In this document: piece after piece, positions 1 to 9,615 of the stretch
Layout: each line of letters begins with the position of its first letter
Position numbering within the stretch: position 1 is the stretch's first letter
Origin: Candidatus Latescibacterota bacterium
Lineage (GTDB): Bacteria > Latescibacterota > UBA2968
DNA: 64,000 nucleotides
Reading direction: 5' to 3'
NCBI GenBank assembly: GCA_965198115.1
Contig: OZ240241.1
Coordinates: forward strand, 5,728,001-5,792,000
Program-made: the position numbers and the translations under genes
The notes under the pieces: generated by a model
Databases searched by the model: none
What the model saw: only the letters and a program-made list of their open reading frames with translations
Told to the model about the DNA's origin: nothing

Positions 1-538
1 CGGCACGCGTTGAAACACGAATACGAGCGGAAAGGAGCCCTGGCCTATCTGGCTGCTCTCGACGTGCACAATGGTCGAATCTTCGGTCTCTGTGAGTCTT
101 CTTCGGGTATCGAGCCCTTCAACCGGCTCCTGAGCCTGATCATGAGCCGGAAACCCTATTGCTCGGCAAAGAAAGTCTACCTCATCGTGGATAATGGCTC
201 CTCGCACCGAGGGCAAACATGCATCGACCGTATCCAGGGGAAGTGGCCAAACATCCACCCCGTTCACCTTCCGATCCACGCAAGCTGGCTCAATCAGATC
301 GAGATCTACTTCTCGATCCTCAAACGCAAGGCTCTGACACCTATCGAATTTGCATCGCTCGAAGAGCTTGAGGCAAGAATCCTCGGTTTTCAGGAACGCT
401 ACGGACGTATCGCCACACCCTTCAAATGGAAGTTCACACGAACAGATCTCGCGGAGATGATCGACAAACTCAGGTTCTACGATACGCCCTTGGCAAAGTC
501 TGCTTAGAATACGTCACCGTATTTGAGAACAGGAGTAC
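1..538 (+). mobile_element. IS630-family insertion sequence, 3' part (copy 1, runs off the window edge)
   Basis: Near-identical to 54113-54650; I noticed one substitution (NRLL vs NRPL). Right end ...GAGAACAGGAGTAC is followed by TTA. Confidence 0.93.
10..507 (+). CDS. IS630 transposase, C-terminal DDE_3 part (partial)
   Basis: Motifs HEYERKG, LIVDNGSSH and LPIHASWLNQIEIYFS. Confidence 0.92.
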   Translation: MKHEYERKGALAYLAALDVHNGRIFGLCESSSGIEPFNRLLSLIMSRKPYCSAKKVYLIVDNGSSHRGQTCIDRIQGKWPNIHPVHLPIHASWLNQIEIYFSILKRKALTPIEFASLEELEARILGFQERYGRIATPFKWKFTRTDLAEMIDKLRFYDTPLAKSA

Positions 539-540
539 TT

Positions 541-715
541 AGCCCAGGGGCGCAGCCCTGGGGTTCAATGGAGTTGTCAATGTCGTACGGCCTGTAGGGC
601 CGTGATAGATTTTCACGCGTGGCCCGATCGCGGGCCTTCAGCCCGCACGATGTCTTTCTGAAAATGATCGCACCCAGCCCGTTGGGCTGGGCTATTGCGG
701 ACCCTTGGCCCGCTC
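541..715. repeat. Composite palindromic REP/MITE-like repeat (family E)
   Basis: Consecutive hairpins CCCAGGGGCGCAGCCCCTGGG, CGGCCTGTAGGGCCG, GGGCCTTCAGCCC and CCCAGCCCGTTGGGCTGGG. Similar architecture at 44805-44942. Confidence 0.75.
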
Positions 716-748
716 AGACACAATCGATGACCGAGAGAGGAGACTGAC

Positions 749-1753
749 ATGAAAACCTACCTCGAAGGATGCGGCGTACCGACAGAGCGAGTGGGAAAGG
801 CGGAGGTGCCCCGACTCATCATGGGTATCCATCCATATGACGGATGCTCCTACCAGAATCCGAAACGGGATGAGCAGAACGGGGCTGCGTTCAGTCGAGT
901 GTCCGCAGTTTCTGACGTGATTCGGTGCGCTGTGGAAGAGGGGGGCGTGACGGCTGTTCAGGTCGACCACATGCTGCCCGTCCTCGACCGGCTACATCTG
1001 CAGGCGGTGTGGGAGACGCAGCACATGACGCAGACGGAGATCGGACTTGTCGCTTATATCCTGATTCCGGTGATGCTGGATGGCGATCAGTGCTCCTATT
1101 CCCCACGTGCCCACGCGACGTTCTATGCCCACGACGAGCGAATCGGGGGCGATGTCTTTCGCGAACACATCCGCACCGACCCGATCGTTCGGTACAACAT
1201 CGGAGACGGTGAGCTGGTAACGCCGGAGACGGTTGCGCCGTATACGGAGGAAGAGGCGAGTCGGTTCGAGATCGACTATGGTGTCCTGGAGCAATACCTC
1301 GGCTTCTTCGCAGGGTGTGATATCCTCGTGGCCGATCCGGGTGCAGAGATCGATCTGCTCGCGATGACGGGGCGATTCGATCTGATCAGGGAATACATCG
1401 GATTTCTGCGAAAGCGATTCGATACGGTCATCACGAGCGTCCACCACGCCGGTGTGACGTTGCCCTTACTCGAACAGGAGAAAATCCCGGTTGATGGGTA
1501 TCTCACGACGGTCAACCAACCGGGGACGTTCATGTTCCCCTCCCGTGACCTCGTGATCGATGCGATCAAGAATGCGAGCAAGCCGGTGATCGCGATCAAA
1601 CCGATGGCGGGTGGACGTTACCTCGGACATCAGGCTTTCGACTTCGTGTTCAACGAGGTGGGTGTTGCGGCGTCGATGTTCGGGATGGGGACGGTGGATC
1701 AGGTGAGGGAGACGATGGGGGCGGCGCGGGATGTGCTGGGCGTGGCTGCCTGA
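749..1753 (+). CDS. Hypothetical protein, distant aldo/keto-reductase-like TIM barrel
   Basis: 334 aa with upstream GGAG RBS. N-terminal VPRLIMG and C-terminal KPVIAIKPMAGGR...GMGTVDQVRE resemble AKR-fold motifs. Confidence 0.65.
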   Translation: MKTYLEGCGVPTERVGKAEVPRLIMGIHPYDGCSYQNPKRDEQNGAAFSRVSAVSDVIRCAVEEGGVTAVQVDHMLPVLDRLHLQAVWETQHMTQTEIGLVAYILIPVMLDGDQCSYSPRAHATFYAHDERIGGDVFREHIRTDPIVRYNIGDGELVTPETVAPYTEEEASRFEIDYGVLEQYLGFFAGCDILVADPGAEIDLLAMTGRFDLIREYIGFLRKRFDTVITSVHHAGVTLPLLEQEKIPVDGYLTTVNQPGTFMFPSRDLVIDAIKNASKPVIAIKPMAGGRYLGHQAFDFVFNEVGVAASMFGMGTVDQVRETMGAARDVLGVAA

Positions 1754-1857
1754 AAAAAACTTACCACTGAGGTCACGGAAAACACGGAGAAAAGCTGGAA
1801 GGGGCAAGTCTGAGGCCGGTGATGGCTATCTGTCTTTCGACGATTTGAGGTCGAGAT

Positions 1858-2577
1858 TTGGACCGACACGTTTTGATCACCGGCGCCGCCGGACTATTCG
1901 GCGGCATCCTGCGGTCGCACTGGGGAGATCGATACCGTCTTCGGCTGGCCGACATCAGCCCGATCGAGGACCTGACTGAGCACGAAACCTTCGTCGAGAT
2001 GGACATTACAGATGTCGATGGGTTCGTGGACGTGTGCCGCGACATCGACACGGTGGTCCACCTCGCGGCGTTTCCCGGCGGTGGGGCGGAGTTTTATGAC
2101 ACGCTGCTGCAGCTGAACATCATCGGCGGCTACAACGCCTTTCACGCGGCGCAGACCGCGGGATGTCGACGGCTGGTGTTCGCGAGCACGATTGACGTGG
2201 TCGGAGGCTATGCGGATGAGGCGGATGTGGCGTGGGACAGACCCGTTCGCCCTACGAGCGTCTACGGTGCGACAAAATGTTGGGGCGAGGCGCTAGGGCG
2301 GGTTTACGCACACGAGCACAGTCTGTCCTGCATCTGTGTGCGGCTCTGCAATCCGATGTTCAGACAGGATGGCGACTGGGATCCGGACGATCTGAGGTCG
2401 GGCATCAGCACCAGAGACGCCGCCTCGTTGATCGGACGATGCGTGGATGTGGGAGATGTCGACTTCGCGATTGTCAACGGGATCTCGAATCACCGTCGAG
2501 GTCGGCTGGACGTGGAAATCTCACGAGAGGTGCTGGGTTACGAGCCTCAGGACGGTACGGCGTTCCCGAAGACCTGA
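1858..2577 (+). CDS. NAD-dependent epimerase/dehydratase (uronate dehydrogenase-like SDR)
   Basis: VLITGAAGLFG, VVHLAA and YGATK (YxxxK); TTG start. Confidence 0.88.
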   Translation: MDRHVLITGAAGLFGGILRSHWGDRYRLRLADISPIEDLTEHETFVEMDITDVDGFVDVCRDIDTVVHLAAFPGGGAEFYDTLLQLNIIGGYNAFHAAQTAGCRRLVFASTIDVVGGYADEADVAWDRPVRPTSVYGATKCWGEALGRVYAHEHSLSCICVRLCNPMFRQDGDWDPDDLRSGISTRDAASLIGRCVDVGDVDFAIVNGISNHRRGRLDVEISREVLGYEPQDGTAFPKT

Positions 2578-2635
2578 TTGAAACCACAGATCACGCAGAA
2601 CACGCCGAGAAAAAGGGGAAAGCCTACTCAGACCG

Positions 2636-2790
2636 ATCACCCTGAGTAGGCGCATAGCGGGTGGTGATAAGTCAGGGGATGGCCAATCCAGCCGATCGCC
2701 GTATCGAAGGGCGATCGGTCTTGCACTGTACCGGTCGTCCCTTCGACTCCGCTCAGGGCAGACTCTTCGATACAACCTGACCCTGAGTTT
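2636..2790. repeat. Family B inverted-repeat pair with a nested mini-module
   Basis: TCACCCTGAGTAG...TATCGAAGGG followed by CCCTTCGACTCCGCTCAGGGCAGACTCTTCGATACAACCTG. Confidence 0.7.
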
Positions 2791-2863
2791 TCTCAGTGGG
2801 CTTTGCCGCTACTGATGCTTTGATGAGGTCACTCTGGATGACCGTTAGCTCGCTGCTTCCGCA

Positions 2864-3613
2864 TTACCATGCAGCGATGGGGTTGCCCGGCGATCCGGTG
2901 GCGCCGACGAGTTTCAAGGGCGCCCAGGTGAACAGGAACTCGTAGGCCTTTGCGCCTGACAACGCATCCAGGTCGAGGTTCTCGAAATTGGTGATGCCCC
3001 GTCGGGCGACCAAGTTCATGTGGCCGTAAGCGAATGACTCGGGATCGCCGAGCGTTTCGGTGTTGTAGGGTTCTAGGCCCCACGTGTCCGATCCGACCAT
3101 GGAGATGTTCATTTCTGCGAGGTGGTCGCAAACTTCGGGGCTGACGCCTGGCTCGCCCGAGCCGAATTCGGCGTGATCTGCAGCCCGCTCTTCGGGTAGC
3201 CGCGTGTAGTCCTTCCAGAGACTGTTCCATCCCGTCCGGAACAGCACGACGTCTCCCTTGCCCGCATCGTCGATGCCCTGTGCCTTCAACGCAGCTTTGT
3301 AATCCGCCATCGTGATCGCGTAGCCCTTCGCGAGACGGTCCACGCCTTTGAGCGCCGCGATGTTGATGAGGATGCCGCGCGCGAAGAATCCGACTTCGGC
3401 GATGTGCTCGGTTCCCGCCTTCTGTAGGCCCCTGGGTCCCCCCACGTCCTCCAGACGGTGACCGTTATAGAAGTAGTTGCCGTCTTTCCAACCTTCGACG
3501 TCCTGGATACGGATCATGGGATGGCCAAGTCCGTCCCATTGGGTTCCGACCTGCCCGATCTCTGCGGTGACGAGCTCATCCATGAACGTCATGTCGAAGT
3601 GCTCGCCCGGCCA
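2864..3613 (-). pseudogene. Cyclase / kynurenine formamidase family protein, C-terminal part (interrupted by IS200)
   Basis: QVGTQWDGLGH, GDVVLFRTGW, EPG, VGSDTWGLE, ENLDL and GATGSPGNPIA are cyclase-family motifs. The reading frame resumes exactly at the IS200 right end. Confidence 0.88.
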
Positions 3614-4250
3614 GTCATGACCTCCGGCAAAGCCGGAGGCTTGAAAACTTGTGAACCGCTCAAAGCGGTTGGAAACCAAGCGCCACCTAAAGGTGGCGAT
3701 TACCTGAAAATGTTGAGCTGGTCGAGACGCCGGTCCTCCCGCTCCTGGTTCTGGATATACTCCCGAACCGTCTGTTCATCCTTGCCAACGGTGGAGACCC
3801 AGTAGCCTCTTGCCCAGAAATGCTGCCCGGTGAAGTTCGACCTGCGTCCCAGATAGTTCCGAGCAATGTGAATCGCACTCTTTCCTTTGATGAACCCTAC
3901 CGTCTGAGCTACTGAGTGCTTCGGCGGGATCGAAATCAACGTGTGCACATGGTCGGATCGCAGGTGACCCTCTTCCACACGGCATTCCTTCTGTGCGGCC
4001 AGATCCCGAATCACCTCGCCCAGATAGCGACGAATTTCACCATACAACACTTTTCTACGATACTTCCGAACCCAAACAACGTCATACTTGCACTCCCAAA
4101 CCGTGTGACGTAGACTCCTTACGTTGTTCATTAGAGAGCCTTCCTTCCGTGTGCTTTGAGCGGTCCACGGCAAGGGAGGCTCTTACATATTTCTGGAACT
4201 GTCAAACTCTGGGAGTCTCCCCGGCAGAGCCGGGGGCTTACCAAGGTTTA
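3614..4250 (-). mobile_element. IS200/IS605-family element (tnpA only), complete copy A, 637 bp
   Basis: Subterminal hairpins CCCCGGCTCTGCCGGGG (left end) and CCTCCGGCTTTGCCGGAGG (right end). Inserted 3' of TAAC and ends in TGAC; no target duplication. Confidence 0.93.
3700..4131 (-). CDS. tnpA: IS200/IS605 Y1 HUH transposase
   Basis: WECKYDVVWVRKYRR, DHVH (HUH), FIKGKSA, FWARGYWVSTVG and EYIQNQ (catalytic Tyr). Confidence 0.96.
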   Translation of the reverse strand: MNNVRSLRHTVWECKYDVVWVRKYRRKVLYGEIRRYLGEVIRDLAAQKECRVEEGHLRSDHVHTLISIPPKHSVAQTVGFIKGKSAIHIARNYLGRRSNFTGQHFWARGYWVSTVGKDEQTVREYIQNQEREDRRLDQLNIFR

Positions 4251-4252
4251 GT

Positions 4253-4747
4253 TATTTCCTGGAGGCTGTCCTGCCCGTCGCAGAAGAGGCCGGCGTTAGA
4301 CTCGGACTCCATCCGGACGACCCACAGATCCCCGTCATCGGTGGTGTCGCTCGAATCATGCGCAGCCCCGAGGCGTTTCGTCGTGTGATCGAGATGGTTC
4401 CCAGCGACAGCAACGGACTGCTCTTCTGCGTCGGATGTTTCACGGAAATGGGTGCAAACGTCCCAGAGGAGCTGCGATATTTTGCCGAGCGCGGGAAAGT
4501 TCACTGGGTTCACTTCAGGAATACGACGGGCACCACTGAGAAATTCGTCGAGACCTTCGCCGACTGTGGCGACACCGACATGTATCAGGCCGCCAAAGCC
4601 CTTCAGGAGACGGGTTACCAGGGCTACCTCACGCCCGATCATCGCCTTCATGTCGAAGGAGACAGCGACTGGGGGCACCGCTATTGGGCCTATGGGCTCG
4701 GTTACAACAAGGCCATCATCATGGCATTACGGTCAGAGCTAGGTTGA
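4253..4747 (+). pseudogene. uxuA: Mannonate dehydratase family, C-terminal fragment (5' part lost at the IS200 junction)
   Basis: Frame from 4253 reads YFLEAVLPVAEEAGVRLGLHPDDP...FCVG...VHFRN...FVETF...PDH. There is no start before the IS end. Confidence 0.88.
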
Positions 4748-4786
4748 GAAGCGCTACTCAATTCAGAAGAAGGAGTGGAATAGCAC

Positions 4787-4813
4787 CGTCATACTGAGCG
4801 CAGTCGAAGTGTC
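4787..4813. repeat. Family B short repeat GTCA(C/T)ACTGAGCGCAGTCGAAGTGTC
   Basis: Near-identical copies at 8782-8807 and, inverted, at 18112-18140. Confidence 0.8.
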
Positions 4814-4838
4814 GGTCGTCGGGTAAGACCCTAGAAGA

Positions 4839-5164
4839 ATGGAGTCAATAATGGTCCATGGTTTCAGACCTGTAAACCTCGCCCTCGCTACAGCGCTCAC
4901 GATCGGGGGTCTGTCTCTTCCCTCCATCGCTGGAAACAACCCCGTCGACGAAAACTGGTGGCCAAGCCAGTTCGGCGCCGAAGACCTTGTCGGAGCAGTG
5001 AATACGATCACACCAGAGAAGCGCGTGGCGGCCGCAAAGCTCGTGAAGAAAGGCATGACCGCTACGCTCGGTATGCCCTACTACAACGGCATGCCGCTCG
5101 TCCCTGGGAGAACGTTCGCGCTCAGCATCCCGGGTGGTGGCACCCCCACACACGGCCACTTAAC
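4839..5164 (+). pseudogene. Cyclase family protein, N-terminal part with signal peptide (partner of 2864-3613)
   Basis: Hydrophobic leader, then WWPSQFGAEDLVGAVNTITPEKRVAAAKLVKKG...LG, the typical N-terminus of secreted cyclase-family proteins. Cut at the IS200 left end. Confidence 0.85.
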
Positions 5165-5450
5165 TAAACCTTGGTAAGCCCCCGGCTCTGCCGGGGAGAC
5201 TCCCAGAGTTTGACAGTTCCAGAAATATGTAAGAGCCTCCCTTGCCGTGGACCGCTCAAAGCACACGGAAGGAAGGCTCTCTAATGAACAACGTAAGGAG
5301 TCTACGTCACACGGTTTGGGAGTGCAAGTATGACGTTGTTTGGGTTCGGAAGTATCGTAGAAAAGTGTTGTATGGTGAAATTCGTCGCTATCTGGGCGAG
5401 GTGATTCGGGATCTGGCCGCACAGAAGGAATGCCGTGTGGAAGAGGGTCA
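5165..5450 (+). mobile_element. IS200 copy B, truncated (left end plus about 55 codons of tnpA)
   Basis: Reverse-complement match to 3965-4250, preceded by TAAC. Similarity stops after GAAGAGGGTCA. Confidence 0.92.
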
Positions 5451-6247
5451 TCCGCGATCCAGGTCGCGCAGTCCGGCGTTTCGAGCGAAGGGTCGGAGGG
5501 GCATCGGGCCACGAACCCCGGGATGTACCAGCGTCCGGTCGGCTGGCCCACGGCCTGGTAGCGCAGGTCCATGCTCCACCGGACCGTATCGGTGTTGTTC
5601 ACCAGGGAGCCGTGCGGCAGCATGCTCGTGAACATGACCATGCTTCCGGCGGACGTCGGCAGGGGTTCGCGCTGCTCCTCGGGTACCTCCTCCGGAAACA
5701 TGTAGAGCATGTCCCGCCACTCGTATCGAAGTACGCCCTCCTTGTGGCGTCCTCGGGCGACCCATAGACAGCCGTTTTCCTCGCTCGTGTCGACGAGTGG
5801 GATCAGGCACGCCACGATGAGGGTGTTGTCCCCATCCGGGAGGTAGTAGGCTGCATCCTGATGGGGGATGGTCCGACCGCCGGGAAGTCGGGGATGCAAG
5901 TTATAGGAGGCGTGGCAGAGGATGTCTGGCCCGACGAGTGACTCGACGCGATCCAGAATCTTCGGGTGCTTCAAGAAGGCAAAGAGCGCTTCGCCTTTGT
6001 GGGCGCGTGTCTGTAGAGCGGCTGCTGCCTCCGGTGCTTCTGCCGCAACCTTTGCCATTCGAGTCTCGAACGGTTCGCCGTCGTAGAGATCGCTCAGCTT
6101 TCCTTCCTTAGAAAGGCGCTGCGCCTCCCGGTCGACAACGACGCTGAATTCGTCCTTGACCGGCTGAAGGTCCTCTTCCATGAACAGGTCCCCGATGACG
6201 AGGCAGCCTTCCTGATCGAACGTTTCGAGCTGTTCGGATGTCAGCAT
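5449..6247 (-). pseudogene. PhyH-family Fe(II)/2OG dioxygenase, 3' end truncated by IS200 copy B
   Basis: PHQD, ENGCL, LPHGS and RWSMDLRY. The frame runs into the IS without its own stop; the paralog at 42760-43665 continues about 25 aa further. Confidence 0.85.
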
Positions 6248-6257
6248 TGTGATCCTT

Positions 6258-7028
6258 TCACGCTGATTTCACAGCCTTGGTATCCTGGTTGAGCTGAGTG
6301 AGTGCGGTGCGAAAGACGCTCTCCGGGGAGCCGATGCACAGAAAGTGGTAGCCTTCCTTCGCCAACGTCTCACCGTCTCCAATGCGCCACATGGTCTTGC
6401 CGACCTTTTTGCCGGCAGCACGGATCTTTTGAACGGCGTCCTGGACCTTCGGATGGTCCATCTCAAAACAGACCCCGAGATCGGCCGACAGATCGTACGG
6501 ACCGATGGCGATGGCAGTTGTGATTTCGTGCGCGGCGATAGCGTCGACGTTGTCGAGCCCTACTCGCGTTTCAATCTGCGGGAGGATGATGAAATCGTCT
6601 TCGACCTCGCTCTTCCACGTTTCGTAACGGAAATCAGGCGCCACCCAATAGTTGCCTGGGCCGCCGGGCCGTCGCTGCCCTCGTGGCGGCATGTAAATGC
6701 TGTCGCGAACGTCGTCGAGCTGAGTTGCGGACTCGATGCTGGGCAGCAGGAAGCCGCACGGTCCCCGGTCGATAGCCTGGCGGATCGTGGCGTAGGACGT
6801 GTCGATCGTTCTGATCAGGACTGGAAAGTCGACCATCCGTCCTAAAGCACACACGCGTGCGACGAGGTCGTTGCTGTGAGCGCCGTGCTCCTGGTCGATG
6901 ATGAGGTAGTCGGTGTCGGTGAGCTGAAGGTATTCGATCATTTCCGGCCACAGTTGGTCCATCGCCAGAAGACCCGTCGTGATCTCACCCTTTGCGACTT
7001 TGGCCATCAGTTTTCTTGCTGCTTCCAT
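6258..7028 (-). CDS. HpcH/HpaI aldolase family protein
   Basis: IIDQEHG, PPRGQR, PQIET and IGPYDLSADLG. Confidence 0.9.
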   Translation of the reverse strand: MEAARKLMAKVAKGEITTGLLAMDQLWPEMIEYLQLTDTDYLIIDQEHGAHSNDLVARVCALGRMVDFPVLIRTIDTSYATIRQAIDRGPCGFLLPSIESATQLDDVRDSIYMPPRGQRRPGGPGNYWVAPDFRYETWKSEVEDDFIILPQIETRVGLDNVDAIAAHEITTAIAIGPYDLSADLGVCFEMDHPKVQDAVQKIRAAGKKVGKTMWRIGDGETLAKEGYHFLCIGSPESVFRTALTQLNQDTKAVKSA

Positions 7029-7201
7029 CTGTTGGTTCCTTTCGTAATGAAAACCTTTCAACGCAGGGAACGCAGAGATCGCAGGGGATGCAAGGGTACA
7101 ATTGGCCTACCGATGTCCGGATGGGCAGAGCCGAGACGTGGGTTGACGAGGTGGGGTGTCTGGACGACCTTGCAGGGCCGTTTCACGCATAGTGGGGATG
7201 G

Positions 7202-8615
7202 GTGGTGTCTGACCAGTCGGAGGGGTTATGGTCACGACCCGAGAAACAGCACGCAGACGATCCGTATGCGTTGAATCCAGAGGCGATTCAGGAGCCTCCG
7301 GAGGATTTTGCCGGTCGGCTGAGGTTCCTTGGGCCCGGTCTGATCCTGGTAGGGGGGGTGGTCGGATCCGGAGAGATCATCCTGACGACGACCCTCGGGT
7401 CGCTTGTCGGTTTTTCCATGCTGTGGTTCGTGCTCGTGAGTTGCTGGAGCAAGAACATCGTCCAGGCCGAACTCGGGCGATTCACCGTTTCTTCGGGTGA
7501 GCCGTTCCTTCACGCCTTCAACCGGTTGCCAGGGAAGCTACCGGCTTTCAAGGGTAAGAAGGTTTCGTGGTATATCTACTTCTGGGTGCTTTGGATCCTT
7601 CCGGACATGCTTGTCGGGGGTGGTGTCTATGGGGGTGCGGGCCAGGCCGTGCACTCCGCCGCACCTTTTTTGGGATCGGAATGGTGGACGGTCATCCTTG
7701 CTGCGCTGGCTTGTATCATCATCCTCTCCGGGACCTACCAGTTTTTGGAAAAGCTTCTGACGACGCTGGTGGTCACGTTTACGCTCATTACCGTGACGTG
7801 CGCCATTTTGCTGCAGATGACAGACTACGCGATTACGTGGGACGAGGTCTACGGTGGATTGACGTTTGGATTCCCGGCGTTCGCGATATTGGCGGCGCTG
7901 GCCATGTATGGCGGCACGGGTGTGAGCACCTCCGAGCAAATCTTACACCTACTGGTGCGTTGAGAAAGGATATGCGCGGTTCTCTGGCCCCCCGGATGAT
8001 TCGGAAGGGTGGGTTCGACGCGCGAAAGGGTGGATCAAGGTTATGCAGACGGACGTCAAGCTCACGTTGCTTCTTCTGACGTGCGCAACGATTCCTTTCT
8101 ACATGCTTGGCGCCGGGGTCCTCTACCGGCTGAATGCCCACCCCGACGGTCTCGAGACGATCTCCGTACTGTCCAACATGTATACGGAGACGCTGGGTGA
8201 GTGGGCGTTCTGGCTGTTTCTGGTGGGGGCGTTCTTCGTTCTGTATTCGACGGCCGTGTCGGGATTGGGGGCCGGGGTGCGTGTGTTCGCGGACGGGATG
8301 GTGGTCCTGGGTCTGATCGAGCGAAACGACTACCCGACACGGGTCAAGATTCTGCGAGTCTGGGCGGTGGCCACGCCACTGATTACGTCTTCCGCCTATT
8401 TCTACTTTCAGAACCCGGTGTGGATGCTGACGATCGGACAGCTCCTCAAAGCGATTAAATACCCATTGATGGCGGGTGGTACGATTTACCTGCGATACAG
8501 ACATCTCGATCCGCGAATCGCTCCGGGATGGAAAGCGGATCTGCTTCTGTGGGTGTGCTTCGGGATCATGATCGGATTGGCGATGTGGATCTTATATACG
8601 AAGTTCATCGCGTAG
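7202..8615 (+). pseudogene. NRAMP/MntH-like (APC superfamily) transporter with a frameshift near 7943
   Basis: LGPGLILVGGVVGSGEIILTT and many TM segments. The second frame resumes YTYWCVEKGYARF and joins ORF 8043-8615. The lesion may be a sequencing error. Confidence 0.82.
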
Positions 8616-8626
8616 GAACTTGGGAA

Positions 8627-8760
8627 CCACCGATCACACAGAACACACGGAAGGAAACCCAAAGACAGCCACTGAGGTCGCTGAGAAAGCTGAGACTAAT
8701 CACGAAGATCATGGAGAAAGACAGGGACGAACCACGCGGGTACCGAGAGCACGAAGGAAA
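8627..8760. repeat. Family C degenerate ~9-bp-period tandem repeats (ACACGAAAT / ACACAGAAC-like)
   Basis: Similar tracts near 1763, 2584, 7060, 13160-13220, 21211-21265, 22261, 45340, 46395, 52256-52310, 54660-54815 and 63213. Confidence 0.65.
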
Positions 8761-8862
8761 GCTTAGCTTAGGGTCGAACACCGTCACACTGAGCGCAGTC
8801 GAAGTGTCGGTTATCACGCAATGAATTGCAGCTCCCTGATCTTAACCACATCGAGGCCAGAT

Positions 8863-9615
8863 ATGGATGATGCGAAGGCTCTGAAAGAAAGGTTCAAGGA
8901 AGACGGATTCTTGGTCGTTCCGCAGTTCCTTGCGGGCGACGAGTTTGAAGAGGTCGTTGACAACCTGGATCGATATATCCGGGAGATCGTGCCGACCCTC
9001 GCGCCGGAGCATGCGTTTTTTCAAGACCGGTCGAAGCCGGAGACGTTGAAGCAGATGCAGCACATGGGCCGGGATCCGTTCTTCGAGGCGTACAGGAAGA
9101 CGCCGAAGTGGGTGGATCTCGCGGAATCTCTTTTAGGTGAACCTGTGGAAGCGGGGGAACCGGAGTGGTTCAACAAGCCGCCGAATACGGTTCACGTAAC
9201 GCCACCGCACCAGGACAACTACTATTTCAATCTCGTACCGCCGAGTGTGCTGACCATCTGGGTTGCGCTGGATTCGATCGATGAGGAAAACGGCTGTCTG
9301 AGGTATGTGCGCGGCTCTCACAAGGGCGGCGTCCGGCCACATACTCGGTCGACAATCCTGGGGTTCTCCCAGCACATTCCTGACTACGATGATTTGAAAG
9401 TGGATGAAGTGGCCATAAAGCTGAATCCGGGCGATGCGGCTGTGCATCACGCGAACATGATCCATCGAGCCGACCCCAACACGTCAACGGAACGGAACAG
9501 GCGTGCATTCGCGATGGTGATGGAGGGGGAGAGCTGCGAAATCGATGAAGAGGCGATGGCGCGACACTCGGTGACGGCCACGCAGCACGTGAAGGAGTTG
9601 AGCAGCGAGTCATGA
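8863..9615 (+). CDS. PhyH-family dioxygenase
   Basis: FNKPP, TPPHQD, IWVALD, ENGCL, GSH and IHRADPN..RRA. Confidence 0.92.
   Translation: MDDAKALKERFKEDGFLVVPQFLAGDEFEEVVDNLDRYIREIVPTLAPEHAFFQDRSKPETLKQMQHMGRDPFFEAYRKTPKWVDLAESLLGEPVEAGEPEWFNKPPNTVHVTPPHQDNYYFNLVPPSVLTIWVALDSIDEENGCLRYVRGSHKGGVRPHTRSTILGFSQHIPDYDDLKVDEVAIKLNPGDAAVHHANMIHRADPNTSTERNRRAFAMVMEGESCEIDEEAMARHSVTATQHVKELSSES

Noticed and set aside
3614-4250. TnpB/IscB RNA-guided nuclease system
   Set aside because: The element is only 637 bp and encodes TnpA alone.
5081-6247. 388-aa PhyH ORF as a novel fusion protein
   Set aside because: The last ~120 aa are antisense read-through of the IS200 fragment and the cyclase N-terminus.
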